A stretch of DNA of 32,000 nucleotides from Candidatus Saccharimonadota bacterium (lineage in GTDB: Bacteria > Patescibacteriota > Patescibacteriia > 2-12-FULL-60-25). The position numbers and the translations under genes are program-made. The stretch is from positions 540,001-572,000 of the forward strand of contig CP060222.1 in assembly GCA_023898425.1 (NCBI GenBank), in the 5' to 3' direction. Numbering within the stretch: position 1 is the first letter of the stretch; every line of letters starts with the position of its first letter. Below, piece after piece: positions 24,114 through 32,000 of this stretch. The notes beneath the pieces were generated by a model. That model had not been told where the DNA came from and did not search any database. It saw only the letters and a program-made list of their open reading frames with translations.

Positions 24114-25586
24114 TTATTGTAAGCGCTTATACGCACGGCGGGCTTCAGCTTTTATTGTTTGCCAGAATTCTTGAGCGCTCAGTGACGGACGCGTGAATCT
24201 TAATCTTACAGAACGAATATCAAAAGCGCCTAAACGACTTTCGATACCCGGTAATCCTAGTGAAAGTTTTTGAGATTCTGATGTATCGGGTAAATCAAAG
24301 AACGTTGAGACTTGATACCAATTATCACCTAGACTAATTGGCGTTTTATAAGGCGTGCGGATCGCTATAATCCCCTCTTCTAAAGGTTTTGTTTCTGCCG
24401 TTAATCGTCGTAGCGTTGGGACAAATGCGGCTTGTTCATCAACAGCAAAATAACCATCTCCAATAATACGAATATTGCTAAGCGGTTGACTTACAGTGAG
24501 CCATGGCGCAGATACGTCTTTTGCATCACGTGATAAGGCGTAAACCGTATGCGTTCTTTCGATAGGCTGACGTAATGCGCCAAACGAAATGGTTTGTAAT
24601 GAGTCCGCATGACGCACTTCGGCGGTAATATGTTGCGAATTTGTGAGCCAAGTTGTTGATGCTTGACCTTCTTTATACCCCACCGAATCTCCCGCATAAA
24701 AACGCGGACCGACGACCCAGCGTCGCATTGAAGACTCAATATGACGAATGAAAAAATCATCATCTGATTGAAAGGTTAACCGATAAATCCCAGAAGATAA
24801 TCCGCTAGCAAAAATACGCTTGGTAAATGGTTGGCTCATCTTTGCATCCAAAGATCCACTTACAGACACGGGCTCCGTTAAGATGATTTCGCTCCCCTTG
24901 CGTAAGACAAATGCCGATACATTTTGCGTCCCTGCACGTGCACGATTAGCGTCTTGTAAAACAAAGCTCATGTCAATCACACCATCTACTGGCACGATCC
25001 AAAATTCATGTGTCCCGCGTAAATTGATATCAATCGAACGAGAAAGTGGCACCGTATCATTTAGTTCAAATTTTGGAGAATCCGCTCCCCAAACCAAAAC
25101 GCGTTGCGGATCTTTTGAAAGAAGATCCGAAGGCACGCCGTCATTACGAATAAAACCATGCACTCCTTGATACTCGGCTTCTTGCCATCCCTTGGTTAAT
25201 TGCTCGCTAAAAAATGGCTTATACTCAAATTGAAATGCTTCTTCATCACGCAATATCCCGAGTTCTGCAAGTGGCTGATCTTTTGCGCGAATATCAAAGG
25301 CGACTTCGAGCCGATCAAAAGGCCCTGGTAAACGCACCGTTGTATAAACAGGCTCAGCGGTAATACGTTGCCCCACCCATTGATCTGGTTGCTTGCCAGG
25401 TGATGTAACACGCTCGCCAGGTTGAAATGGATACAGCCAAATACTACTCCCATCAAAGCGAAAGGATTTCTCAATCATTCCTGATGGCGGAAACTGTTGC
25501 AATAATACAAAGGCAATAACGCTTGCACAAAGTGTCCAAGCAACGAAGCGCATAAGACTGCGCGCAAACAATGACAGTTCACTCAT
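24114..25586 (-). CDS. membrane-anchored hypothetical protein, 490 aa (N-terminal TM, large extracytoplasmic domain)
   Basis: MSELSLFARSLMRFVAWTLCASVIAFVLLQQF anchor, then a beta-rich-looking domain with no motif I recognise. Its ATG overlaps the corrected stop of the upstream GT-C-like gene (ATGA at 25583-25586). Confidence 0.65.
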   Translation of the reverse strand: MSELSLFARSLMRFVAWTLCASVIAFVLLQQFPPSGMIEKSFRFDGSSIWLYPFQPGERVTSPGKQPDQWVGQRITAEPVYTTVRLPGPFDRLEVAFDIRAKDQPLAELGILRDEEAFQFEYKPFFSEQLTKGWQEAEYQGVHGFIRNDGVPSDLLSKDPQRVLVWGADSPKFELNDTVPLSRSIDINLRGTHEFWIVPVDGVIDMSFVLQDANRARAGTQNVSAFVLRKGSEIILTEPVSVSGSLDAKMSQPFTKRIFASGLSSGIYRLTFQSDDDFFIRHIESSMRRWVVGPRFYAGDSVGYKEGQASTTWLTNSQHITAEVRHADSLQTISFGALRQPIERTHTVYALSRDAKDVSAPWLTVSQPLSNIRIIGDGYFAVDEQAAFVPTLRRLTAETKPLEEGIIAIRTPYKTPISLGDNWYQVSTFFDLPDTSESQKLSLGLPGIESRLGAFDIRSVRLRFTRPSLSAQEFWQTIKAEARRAYKRLQ

Positions 25587-27249
25587 CGGAGATACTGGAT
25601 ACGGTACAATACAAAACGATCAAAAGCGAAAAGCTCTTCGAGCTGCATCCCCTGCGCGCGCCACTCATCTTTTTGTTTTTGTGATAATGGACGTGAATAA
25701 TATGCTGACGGTGTATCAATCTGCTCTAGAGCTTTTGAGATTTGCTCAATAGGAGGCATGGGCGAAACAGCGCGATAATCAGGAAAGAAAATCTTATCTG
25801 AACGATCCGAAAAACGATCGCTCCTTGAGGTAAGACCTCTGCCGTTTTCTCTCGTGTCTGATCATTGAGACGTGTAGAACGGATGACTGACACGATTGCT
25901 TCATCATCACCAAGAATCGCGTGATAACCTCCAAAGAGTGATACACATGCCACGAAAATGATGAGCGCTTTTTGATACTGTTTATCAATGCGATCAAAGC
26001 ACCACGCTACCGCCCATGCTGACAGCAAAGCTACGGGCAATAGGTAACGTAAAAAAGAGTTTCCTACTGTTATTGAACCTGGGCGAATATGATCTTGGTA
26101 AAGACCATTGCCGTAATAAGCGACTAATAATCCAAGACCAAGAGCCGCTGCTATAAATCGATAATCCGGCAAGACAATTTCCTTCCATACGCTACGAAGT
26201 TTCTTGCGGTATTTGATACTCACCTGAATCCAAGGTGACAGATAATAGAGCGAGATGACCGTTAGTACTATCGTCCAAGGCAAGGCATAGCCAAGAGCAA
26301 ATGATTTGATATTCCACCAGATATTACGAGGATGAACACCGAAGGCAAAAAGCGATACAACGCTCTGACCTTTCTGCTCACTTACTATTTGATCCGTTCC
26401 GACTAAAGATACGCTATTATCACGTAAGAAATATCCGATACGCCAAGGCGCCCCATAGGTACGGGTCGTTATGATGCCCATAGGCAAAAGGACAATCATC
26501 AAACCTGCGATCACAGCACATAAAGGTGTTTTTTGACGAAGCAATGAGCGCAAGCTCTTTTTCGTAAGATGACCTTGTGCTGCTAGAACACCCAGTAACC
26601 ATGGCCCTATCCAAAAGAGCTCAATAGGACGAATGATACAGATCAAAGCGAATAGCACCCCCGAAACAAAATACTTTGCAATAACTGACCTTTTTTCTAA
26701 TTGAGTACTATTTGTGTCCAATTTAGTATTAGACTGCATTGCGTATGTTAACCATAATACAGCGGCAATGATGGATGGATTCGGAAACAAACTACGATTG
26801 AGATAAAGTTGAAACGGCGGATAACAAAGCAGTACCAAGATACCGAGCAATGAACCCGGGCGTGAAAACGCTTTACGCAAAAGCACATACATCGCAGGGA
26901 CGATACTTGCAGCAATACCGACACTCACCCACTTTGTAAGCGCTGTACCAAAAATAATTATGAACAATGATAGTACCCAAGGCCAACCCAAAAAGCCCAC
27001 CGGCACAATCACCTCACCCTGAGATACCCAACTACGCGGATGAAGCCATCCTGCCTGAGCCACGAGCGGTTCCTCCAGTGCACCACTATAGGTGCTAGCC
27101 ATATGCTTTGCGGTGATGAGTACAGCCGTCTCATCTGGTGACGAAAGTGTCTTACCGCCAAACCATAGCAAAGACGAGCCAACCAGCCAGGTAGCGGCAA
27201 AAAGTCCCCAGGCAATAACCCGGTCCTTCTTGTTCTCGGGGAGAGACAT
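25583..27249 (-). CDS. GT-C fold glycosyltransferase-like membrane protein (ArnT/PMT, family 39-like); 3' end frameshifted as assembled
   Basis: More than 10 predicted TM helices, with a DE motif in the first loop (SSPDETAVLITAKHMA) as in ArnT/PMT_2 proteins. Adding one base in A5 25810-25814 replaces the tail ...FRIVQIRFSFLIIALF... with ...FSDRSDKIFFPDYRAVSPMPPIEQISKALEQIDTPSAYYSRPLSQKQKDEWRAQGMQLEELFAFDRFVLYRIQYLR-TGA. Confidence 0.6.
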
Positions 27250-27267
27250 TTGTGATAACCTTAACCC

Positions 27268-28743
27268 ATGAAACGGTATTTTGTCATTCTCTCGGTCCTG
27301 ACGCTCATTTCAGCGCAAATAGGGTCGCTCGCTAGCCCAGCCTTTGCCGCCGGCTATGAAATCCCCGCCGCTGACCTCGCGAATGGTTTTAACCCAAACG
27401 CCATCTTAACGGACGATGATATTTTTGATGTAACCCGAATGGATCTAGCTTCTATCCGTGCTTTCTTAAAGGCGCATGGTAGCTTAAATTCAATTCGCGT
27501 CGTCGATATCGATGGCGTAGAAAAAGAACCTGCTGAGGTCATTTGGCGAGTCGCTAATAGCTATCGCATCAATCCGCAGTATCTTCTTGTTTTACTTCAA
27601 AAAGAACAAAGCCTTGTAGAAACAAAAAACATTACTCAACGTGCTCTTGATTGGGCAACTGGTTTTGGTGTTTGTGATAGCTGCGCCAAAGACGATCCAC
27701 GTATTCAAGATTTTAAAGGTTTTGCCAACCAACTTGATTACGCAGCCAAGCAACATCGCGAACGCTACTACATGCAGCTACTTGGACGTGGTACCACTAT
27801 CTCAGGACATGCTCCAGGCAAGACAGTGCTTATTAGTGGCTCAGCAGTAACACCGGTCAATAATGCAACGGCCATGCTTTATACCTATACGCCACATATC
27901 CATGGTAATCTAAACCTTTGGCGTATTTGGCAACGTTGGTTTTCGCTCACACTCCCCGACGGCACCATCGCTCAAACCGATGATGGTCAAATCTACCTCA
28001 TCCGCTTTGGCACAAAAAAACCTTTCGCTTCTAAGATGGTCGCTTATAGCATGATTGATTCATCCAAAATCATCCAAGTGAGCACGAGCGATCTCATCAG
28101 CTATCCAACAGGTGAAAGCATTGAATATCCTAATTACTCCATCGTTGAGACCCCTTCTGGCAAACTCTACCTTCTTACCGATGGTAAAAAACGTCTCATC
28201 AAAAGCCAAGATGTGTTTCGTAAGCTCGGCTTTATCACCGATGATATTATCGTTATCGAAGATGAGAACCTCAGCTCTTATGAGCTAGGTGCAGATATCT
28301 CTTCAGAAAAACAATACCCAACAGGGTTGCTGGTTCAAGATCCAAAAAAGAACTATTGGTATGTGCAAGATGATACGAAACAACGCATCGCCGACCCTGC
28401 TTTGTTAGGAATTTACTTTAAAGGCCGAAAAGCAAAGATCCTTGATCAAGCGACGGTAGATAGCTACAAAACCATCGCTCCCTATGCTTTGCGTGACGGT
28501 GAGCTCGTGCGAAGCGTTACACATCCCGCTGTTTATGTTGTAGAGCTTGGCAAATTAAGACCTATTGTCTCTGGTGAAGTTTTTGAACGCGTTGGTTGGC
28601 AGTGGCGAAACGTCGTCGTTGTATCAGACGCCTTTGTTGCTAATGCAGAAAAAGGCAAAGCTTTTACACTAGACACAGCCCCAGCAGAGGCACCTCCCGC
28701 CGAAGAAGCGTCACTCACCATCTCAACCATCACAAACAACTAA
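27268..28743 (+). CDS. secreted protein with four ~50-aa C-terminal repeats (possible cell-wall-associated)
   Basis: Signal peptide MKRYFVILSVLTLISAQIGSLASPAFA. Conserved-looking N-domain (INPQYLLVLLQKEQSLVE). Four repeats of the pattern xxYLxxxGxKRxIxSxxVFxxxGfxxxxIxxVSxxxLxxYxxG. Pro/Ala-rich tail. Confidence 0.65.
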   Translation: MKRYFVILSVLTLISAQIGSLASPAFAAGYEIPAADLANGFNPNAILTDDDIFDVTRMDLASIRAFLKAHGSLNSIRVVDIDGVEKEPAEVIWRVANSYRINPQYLLVLLQKEQSLVETKNITQRALDWATGFGVCDSCAKDDPRIQDFKGFANQLDYAAKQHRERYYMQLLGRGTTISGHAPGKTVLISGSAVTPVNNATAMLYTYTPHIHGNLNLWRIWQRWFSLTLPDGTIAQTDDGQIYLIRFGTKKPFASKMVAYSMIDSSKIIQVSTSDLISYPTGESIEYPNYSIVETPSGKLYLLTDGKKRLIKSQDVFRKLGFITDDIIVIEDENLSSYELGADISSEKQYPTGLLVQDPKKNYWYVQDDTKQRIADPALLGIYFKGRKAKILDQATVDSYKTIAPYALRDGELVRSVTHPAVYVVELGKLRPIVSGEVFERVGWQWRNVVVVSDAFVANAEKGKAFTLDTAPAEAPPAEEASLTISTITNN

Positions 28744-28744
28744 T

Positions 28745-29536
28745 ATGATTGTCTTTGCAGCCATGGTCCCCCATTCGCCATTACTTATCCCAAGTGTTGG
28801 AAAAGAACATCGAGATGCTTTAGCGCAAACATTAAAAGCCTACGAACAAATTGAGCAGGCGCTTTATCTAGCAAAACCAGATACGATTATTATCATTTCT
28901 CCACATGCGCAAATGTATCCAGATGCTTTTAGTGGAAACATGTCTCCAAAATACATTGGATCACTAAAAGCCTTTGGGGATTTTGAACCGCTTTTTGAAG
29001 CAAAGGCGGATTTTCTTTTACTCGATCATATTCATCGCGCGATGCGTGATAACAAAGTGCCTTTTACATTGAGTTCATCTGAAGAGCTGGACTATGGTAT
29101 TAGTATCCCTTATTCACTGCTTACGACACATCTACCTAATGTAAAACTCGCACCGCTTTCGACATCGATGCTTGGCGTTGCCGAGCATGCACAGTTTGGT
29201 CGCGAGCTCGCTAATATCGTACGTCAAGAAACACATCGTATTGCTATTATCGCTTCTGCGGATCTTTCGCATCATGCAAATGAAGCTTCGCCAAAAGGTG
29301 CAACAGCAGAGGGTGCTTGGTTTGAAACAACCGTCCGAGAAGCTGCGCTTACACAGAATCTTCAATCTCTCTTAGAGATGGACTCAGCTAAATGCGAAGC
29401 CGCGGGCCAATGTGGCCAAAAACCGCTAGCTATTTTACTTGGCGCCTTAGAAGGTATTAACCTAAAAGCAAGCGAGCTCTCATATGAGGCTCCATTTGGC
29501 GTAGGTTATAGCGTTATCAGATTTGATCTTGCTTAA
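28745..29536 (+). CDS. class III extradiol dioxygenase (LigB) / Memo-like family protein
   Basis: 263 aa. MIVFAAMVPHSPLLIP, IIIISPH, LDYGISIPY and IIASADLSHH match the LigB/Memo-type metal-binding layout as I recall it. Confidence 0.6.
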   Translation: MIVFAAMVPHSPLLIPSVGKEHRDALAQTLKAYEQIEQALYLAKPDTIIIISPHAQMYPDAFSGNMSPKYIGSLKAFGDFEPLFEAKADFLLLDHIHRAMRDNKVPFTLSSSEELDYGISIPYSLLTTHLPNVKLAPLSTSMLGVAEHAQFGRELANIVRQETHRIAIIASADLSHHANEASPKGATAEGAWFETTVREAALTQNLQSLLEMDSAKCEAAGQCGQKPLAILLGALEGINLKASELSYEAPFGVGYSVIRFDLA

Positions 29537-29539
29537 TAC

Positions 29540-31240
29540 ATGCCGTATCGCGTCATACCTGTGATGAGAACGCCCCATGGCGTTGATGCTTTTGATTATG
29601 CTTCTGAGAGCAACTATCAACCGGGTGACGCTGTCTGGATCCCCTTTCGCAAAGGCAAGACCTTGGGGATTGTCCTCGAAAAAACAAAAAGCTCTTCGAT
29701 TCGTGAGTTAAAAACGATTCTTGGACCTTATGCAGATTTGCATTTTTCTGAAGACGGGCTCGCGCTTAGTCAATGGCTCGCAAAACAAACTTTTACTTCA
29801 TTGCCAAGCATTTGGAAAAGCTGGTTGCGCGATTATCCCAAAAAACCTAAAACAACGAACGTTCGCTATCCAACAAAACGTAAAAAAACGGAGATCAACG
29901 CTACCTGGCGATTAGAAGCAAAAGAGGCACTCATTAACGCAGCAAAAGAAGCGCTTGAAAAAAACGAGCGTATCTTGATCTTAACACCATGGAAACATCG
30001 TGCCGTGGATTTTGCTTCGTCATTAGATATCCCTCAGTTTACGAGCGAGCTGAATGCAGGTGACGCCTATCGTACCTGGACAGACTTTGCCACCGGAGAA
30101 ACGCCAGGTCTTGTGACAACGCGTGTTGGTGCTTGGATTGGACAATTTGCCGATCATGTCTTTCTTGATATCCCTGAGCAAGACGACCATAAGCAAGATG
30201 AGCTCGCTCCTCGTTTTGATGCTCGTAAAATCGCATTACGTTTAGCTGAGCTTAAACGTGTCTCTGTAAGTGCGTTTGGGTTAAATCCCCCTTTGCATTC
30301 TGATGAATCAGCGCCAAGTATCAATGTCCGCCATGAAATCATCATACGACAACGTGCTGGCTATTCTCGTATCCCGATGATTCAAGAAATCGCTTACCAA
30401 AAGCTTTTAGACGAAGATCGTGCAACGGCTGTTGTTTTTCATCCAATAAAATTTGAGCTCGCAAAACTCACCTGTCGTGATTGTGGTTGGCAACCGCTCT
30501 GTAAGCGCTGTGACTATGTTCTCTCGTCACATCAAGGCCAGGCTCATTGTAAGCGCTGTGGTAATAATCAACCTATATGCCAGAGCAATGTGGCAAGTGT
30601 AGTAGCATTGATCTCGGTAAAAGCATGCCTGGCATCGATCGGCTTAAACGCGTCTGGAATGAAAAGCACCCAGACATCGCCATCGAGTGGCGTGGTGTAA
30701 GCGCCGAAGAACTTGATCGTCCTCTCCCCAAAAGGCGATCGTCCTTCTTACGGATGGCGACCTGCTTGCGGGCGCAGAGGATATTCGTAAAAACGAAAGA
30801 CTTTGCCACGCTTTTCGTCGTTTAGCTGCCTCCGTACAAGAAGCAGAAGGCTCACTCTCTATTCAAACATCTGAACAATCAGCACATCTTTGGGGCCCGT
30901 GGCTCACAACAGAAGGGTATACAAAATGGCGAACACATGAACGAAAGACGCGTGAGCTCTTTCAATATCCCCATCGCAACGGGTTATAAAGGTGCTTATG
31001 GATGGTACGCAGCACGCGATCTTTGACTGGCTTCATCGTATAGAAAAAATCTTTGGTGACACTATTAGCACACGTGGACCATTTGAGGTTCCATTTCGTA
31101 CCAAAGGCAGTAGCTTGCGTTTTTGCCTACACATTCTTCCAAAAGATAATCGTTTAAGCGAAGCCTTCTTAGACCAACTCGCGTCATTGATCACCGAAAA
31201 GATGTACATTGATCTTGACCCTATCTCCTTTTTTCGCTAA
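29540..31240 (+). pseudogene. priA: primosomal protein N' (PriA)-like protein, split over four frames as assembled; helicase motifs I/II degenerate
   Basis: N-terminal VWIPFRKGKTLGIVLE. AYRTWTDFATGETPGLVTTRVGAWIGQFADHVFLDIPEQDDHKQDELAPRFDARKIALRLA corresponds to the motif II region. Cys cluster CRDCGWQPLCKRCDYVLSSHQGQAHCKRCGNNQP / PEQCGKCSS. Then AIVLLTDGDLLAGAEDIRKNERLCHAFRRL, FQYP / PSQRVIKVL. Shifts at TATAT 30574-30578, C4/A4 30726-30733 and C4 30969-30972. Confidence 0.8.
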
Positions 31241-31255
31241 TGTAAGGCAAATTAT

Positions 31256-31750
31256 ATGTTTGAAGTCGTTAAACTCCCAACCAAGACCTTACGTGAACGC
31301 TCGGTAGAAGTTGATCCAAAAGAGGTCACTACACCTGAGTTTCAGGCCTATCTTGATGAACTCATCGAAACCATGTTCGCTGAGGATGGTGTTGGTATTG
31401 CCTCACCACAAGTTGGTCGCAATATCCGCGCCATTGTTGTGAACTACGGCAAACACGGTCCAGAATGCTATATCAACCCTGTTATGACCAAGGCCTCAGA
31501 AGCAAAAGTTTCTAGCGAAGAAGGTTGTCTTAGCGTCTACAATGAAGATGGCTCCACAAAGATTTGGGGAGATGTAGAACGTCATCGCAAGATAACGGTC
31601 AAAGCTCTCAATCGCCTTGGACGCGAAGTAACCCTCGAGTTGCGAGACTTTCCTGCTATTGTGATGCAGCATGAGATAGACCATCTCGATGGCATTCTTT
31701 TTGATAAAGCAAAAGATACACATACCCACGACCATGGACACAGCCACTAA
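31256..31750 (+). CDS. def: peptide deformylase
   Basis: Motifs GVGIASPQVG, EGCLS and QHEIDHLDG. His-rich C-terminal tail. Confidence 0.95.
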   Translation: MFEVVKLPTKTLRERSVEVDPKEVTTPEFQAYLDELIETMFAEDGVGIASPQVGRNIRAIVVNYGKHGPECYINPVMTKASEAKVSSEEGCLSVYNEDGSTKIWGDVERHRKITVKALNRLGREVTLELRDFPAIVMQHEIDHLDGILFDKAKDTHTHDHGHSH

Positions 31751-32000
31751 AATCCTTTTCTTTGGTACATCATCTATCGCTGTTCCGGCTTTACGTGCGC
31801 TCGTCAATGACGAGCGCTTTGAGGTTGTTGGCGTTGTCACTCAACCTGACCGCCCTATTGGGCGTAAAGGCGAGATGCAGTCGCCGCCCGTTAAACTGGC
31901 GGCCGAAGCATTGCATGTGCCTGTTTTTCAATTTGAGAGCGTAAAATCAGAAGAGGCTTATCTTTCTCTTTCGGTCACAGGCTTTCAAGCTGCTGTTGTT
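31734..32000 (+). CDS. fmt: methionyl-tRNA formyltransferase, N-terminal 89 codons (runs off the right edge)
   Basis: ATG 31734-31736 opens MDTATKILFFGTSSIAVPALRALVNDERFEVVGVVTQPDRPIGRKGEMQSPPVKLAAEALHVPVFQ, the classic Fmt N-terminus. It overlaps the def 3' end by 17 nt. Absent from the ORF track because there is no stop in the window. Confidence 0.85.
   Translation, partial: MDTATKILFFGTSSIAVPALRALVNDERFEVVGVVTQPDRPIGRKGEMQSPPVKLAAEALHVPVFQFESVKSEEAYLSLSVTGFQAAVV

Noticed and set aside
532-25170. Numerous ORFs of 60-150 aa antisense to, or out of frame within, long genes. Examples: 532..921 +, 1996..2241 +, 5556..5912 +, 6382..6768 -, 7199..7585 +, 7796..8176 +, 10349..10798 -, 19824..20207 +, 24820..25170 +.
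   Set aside because: Each lies entirely inside a gene whose translation has clear family motifs. Their own translations are low-complexity (Ser/Arg/Leu-rich) with no start context. They are shadow ORFs.
31762-31944. 60-aa plus-strand ORF after def.
   Set aside because: It is out of frame with the obvious fmt reading frame starting at 31734 (ILFFGTSSIAVPAL...VVTQPDRPIGRKG), which is missing from the track only because it has no stop inside the window.
1-32000. Alternative genetic code (for example UGA recoding, as in some candidate phyla) as the reason for truncated genes.
   Set aside because: The truncations are frame changes, not in-frame stop codons. Long genes (valS, tyrS, murA, ctp) read cleanly with the standard bacterial code and end at TAA, TAG or TGA.
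1-32000. CRISPR arrays, rRNA genes, IS elements or transposases, prophage genes.
   Set aside because: I saw no regularly spaced direct repeats. No ORF has transposase, integrase, Cas or phage hallmarks. No rRNA-like sequence was noted while reading both strands.

Overview
Gene-dense bacterial chromosomal window (about 45% GC by eye), mostly long minus-strand housekeeping operons. Left to right: tgt (5' part, runs off the left edge), a DedA/TVP38 membrane protein, a ~520-aa membrane protein of unknown function, an orphan 168-aa gene, DUF1905- and DM13-domain proteins, and an orphan Cys-rich gene. Next come tRNA-Val(TAC), tRNA-Leu(GAG), a DAGK/YegS-like protein, bactofilin, argS, tyrS and valS; these seven look like one ~7-kb operon transcribed from valS and ending in the tRNAs. 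Divergent from valS are a degenerate DHH-family protein plus a papain-fold-like protein, then a tiny orphan gene with a consensus promoter and an HD (ppGpp-hydrolase-like) protein. After that: two secreted proteins (one with an SLT lytic-transglycosylase domain), Nudix hydrolase, S41 C-terminal processing protease, murA, a PEGA-domain protein and two tandem orphan paralogs. The right end holds a HIT / small membrane / 490-aa / GT-C glycosyltransferase-like operon, a secreted repeat protein, a LigB/Memo-like protein, a PriA-like protein, def and the start of fmt. I saw no rRNA, CRISPR array, transposase, integrase or phage genes. The gene content and the near absence of Shine-Dalgarno sites in core genes resemble small-genome Patescibacteria/CPR-type bacteria, but that is inference only. 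Main observations: (i) Three divergent paralogs of an unrecognised ~160-180-aa protein, each a self-contained SD + terminator cassette; one is bracketed by direct repeats of a terminator hairpin right next to tRNA-Val. (ii) At least 17 small indels, nearly all in homopolymer runs, break conserved and essential genes (tgt, DedA, argS, priA and others). They are very unevenly distributed and are most simply assembly or basecalling errors, which affects any annotation of this contig. (iii) An in-frame GC-rich twin-hairpin insertion in valS. (iv) PriA-like, DHH-like and DAGK-like proteins with degenerate catalytic motifs. I did not find a multi-gene system that I can confidently call novel; the paralog cassettes are the best candidate.
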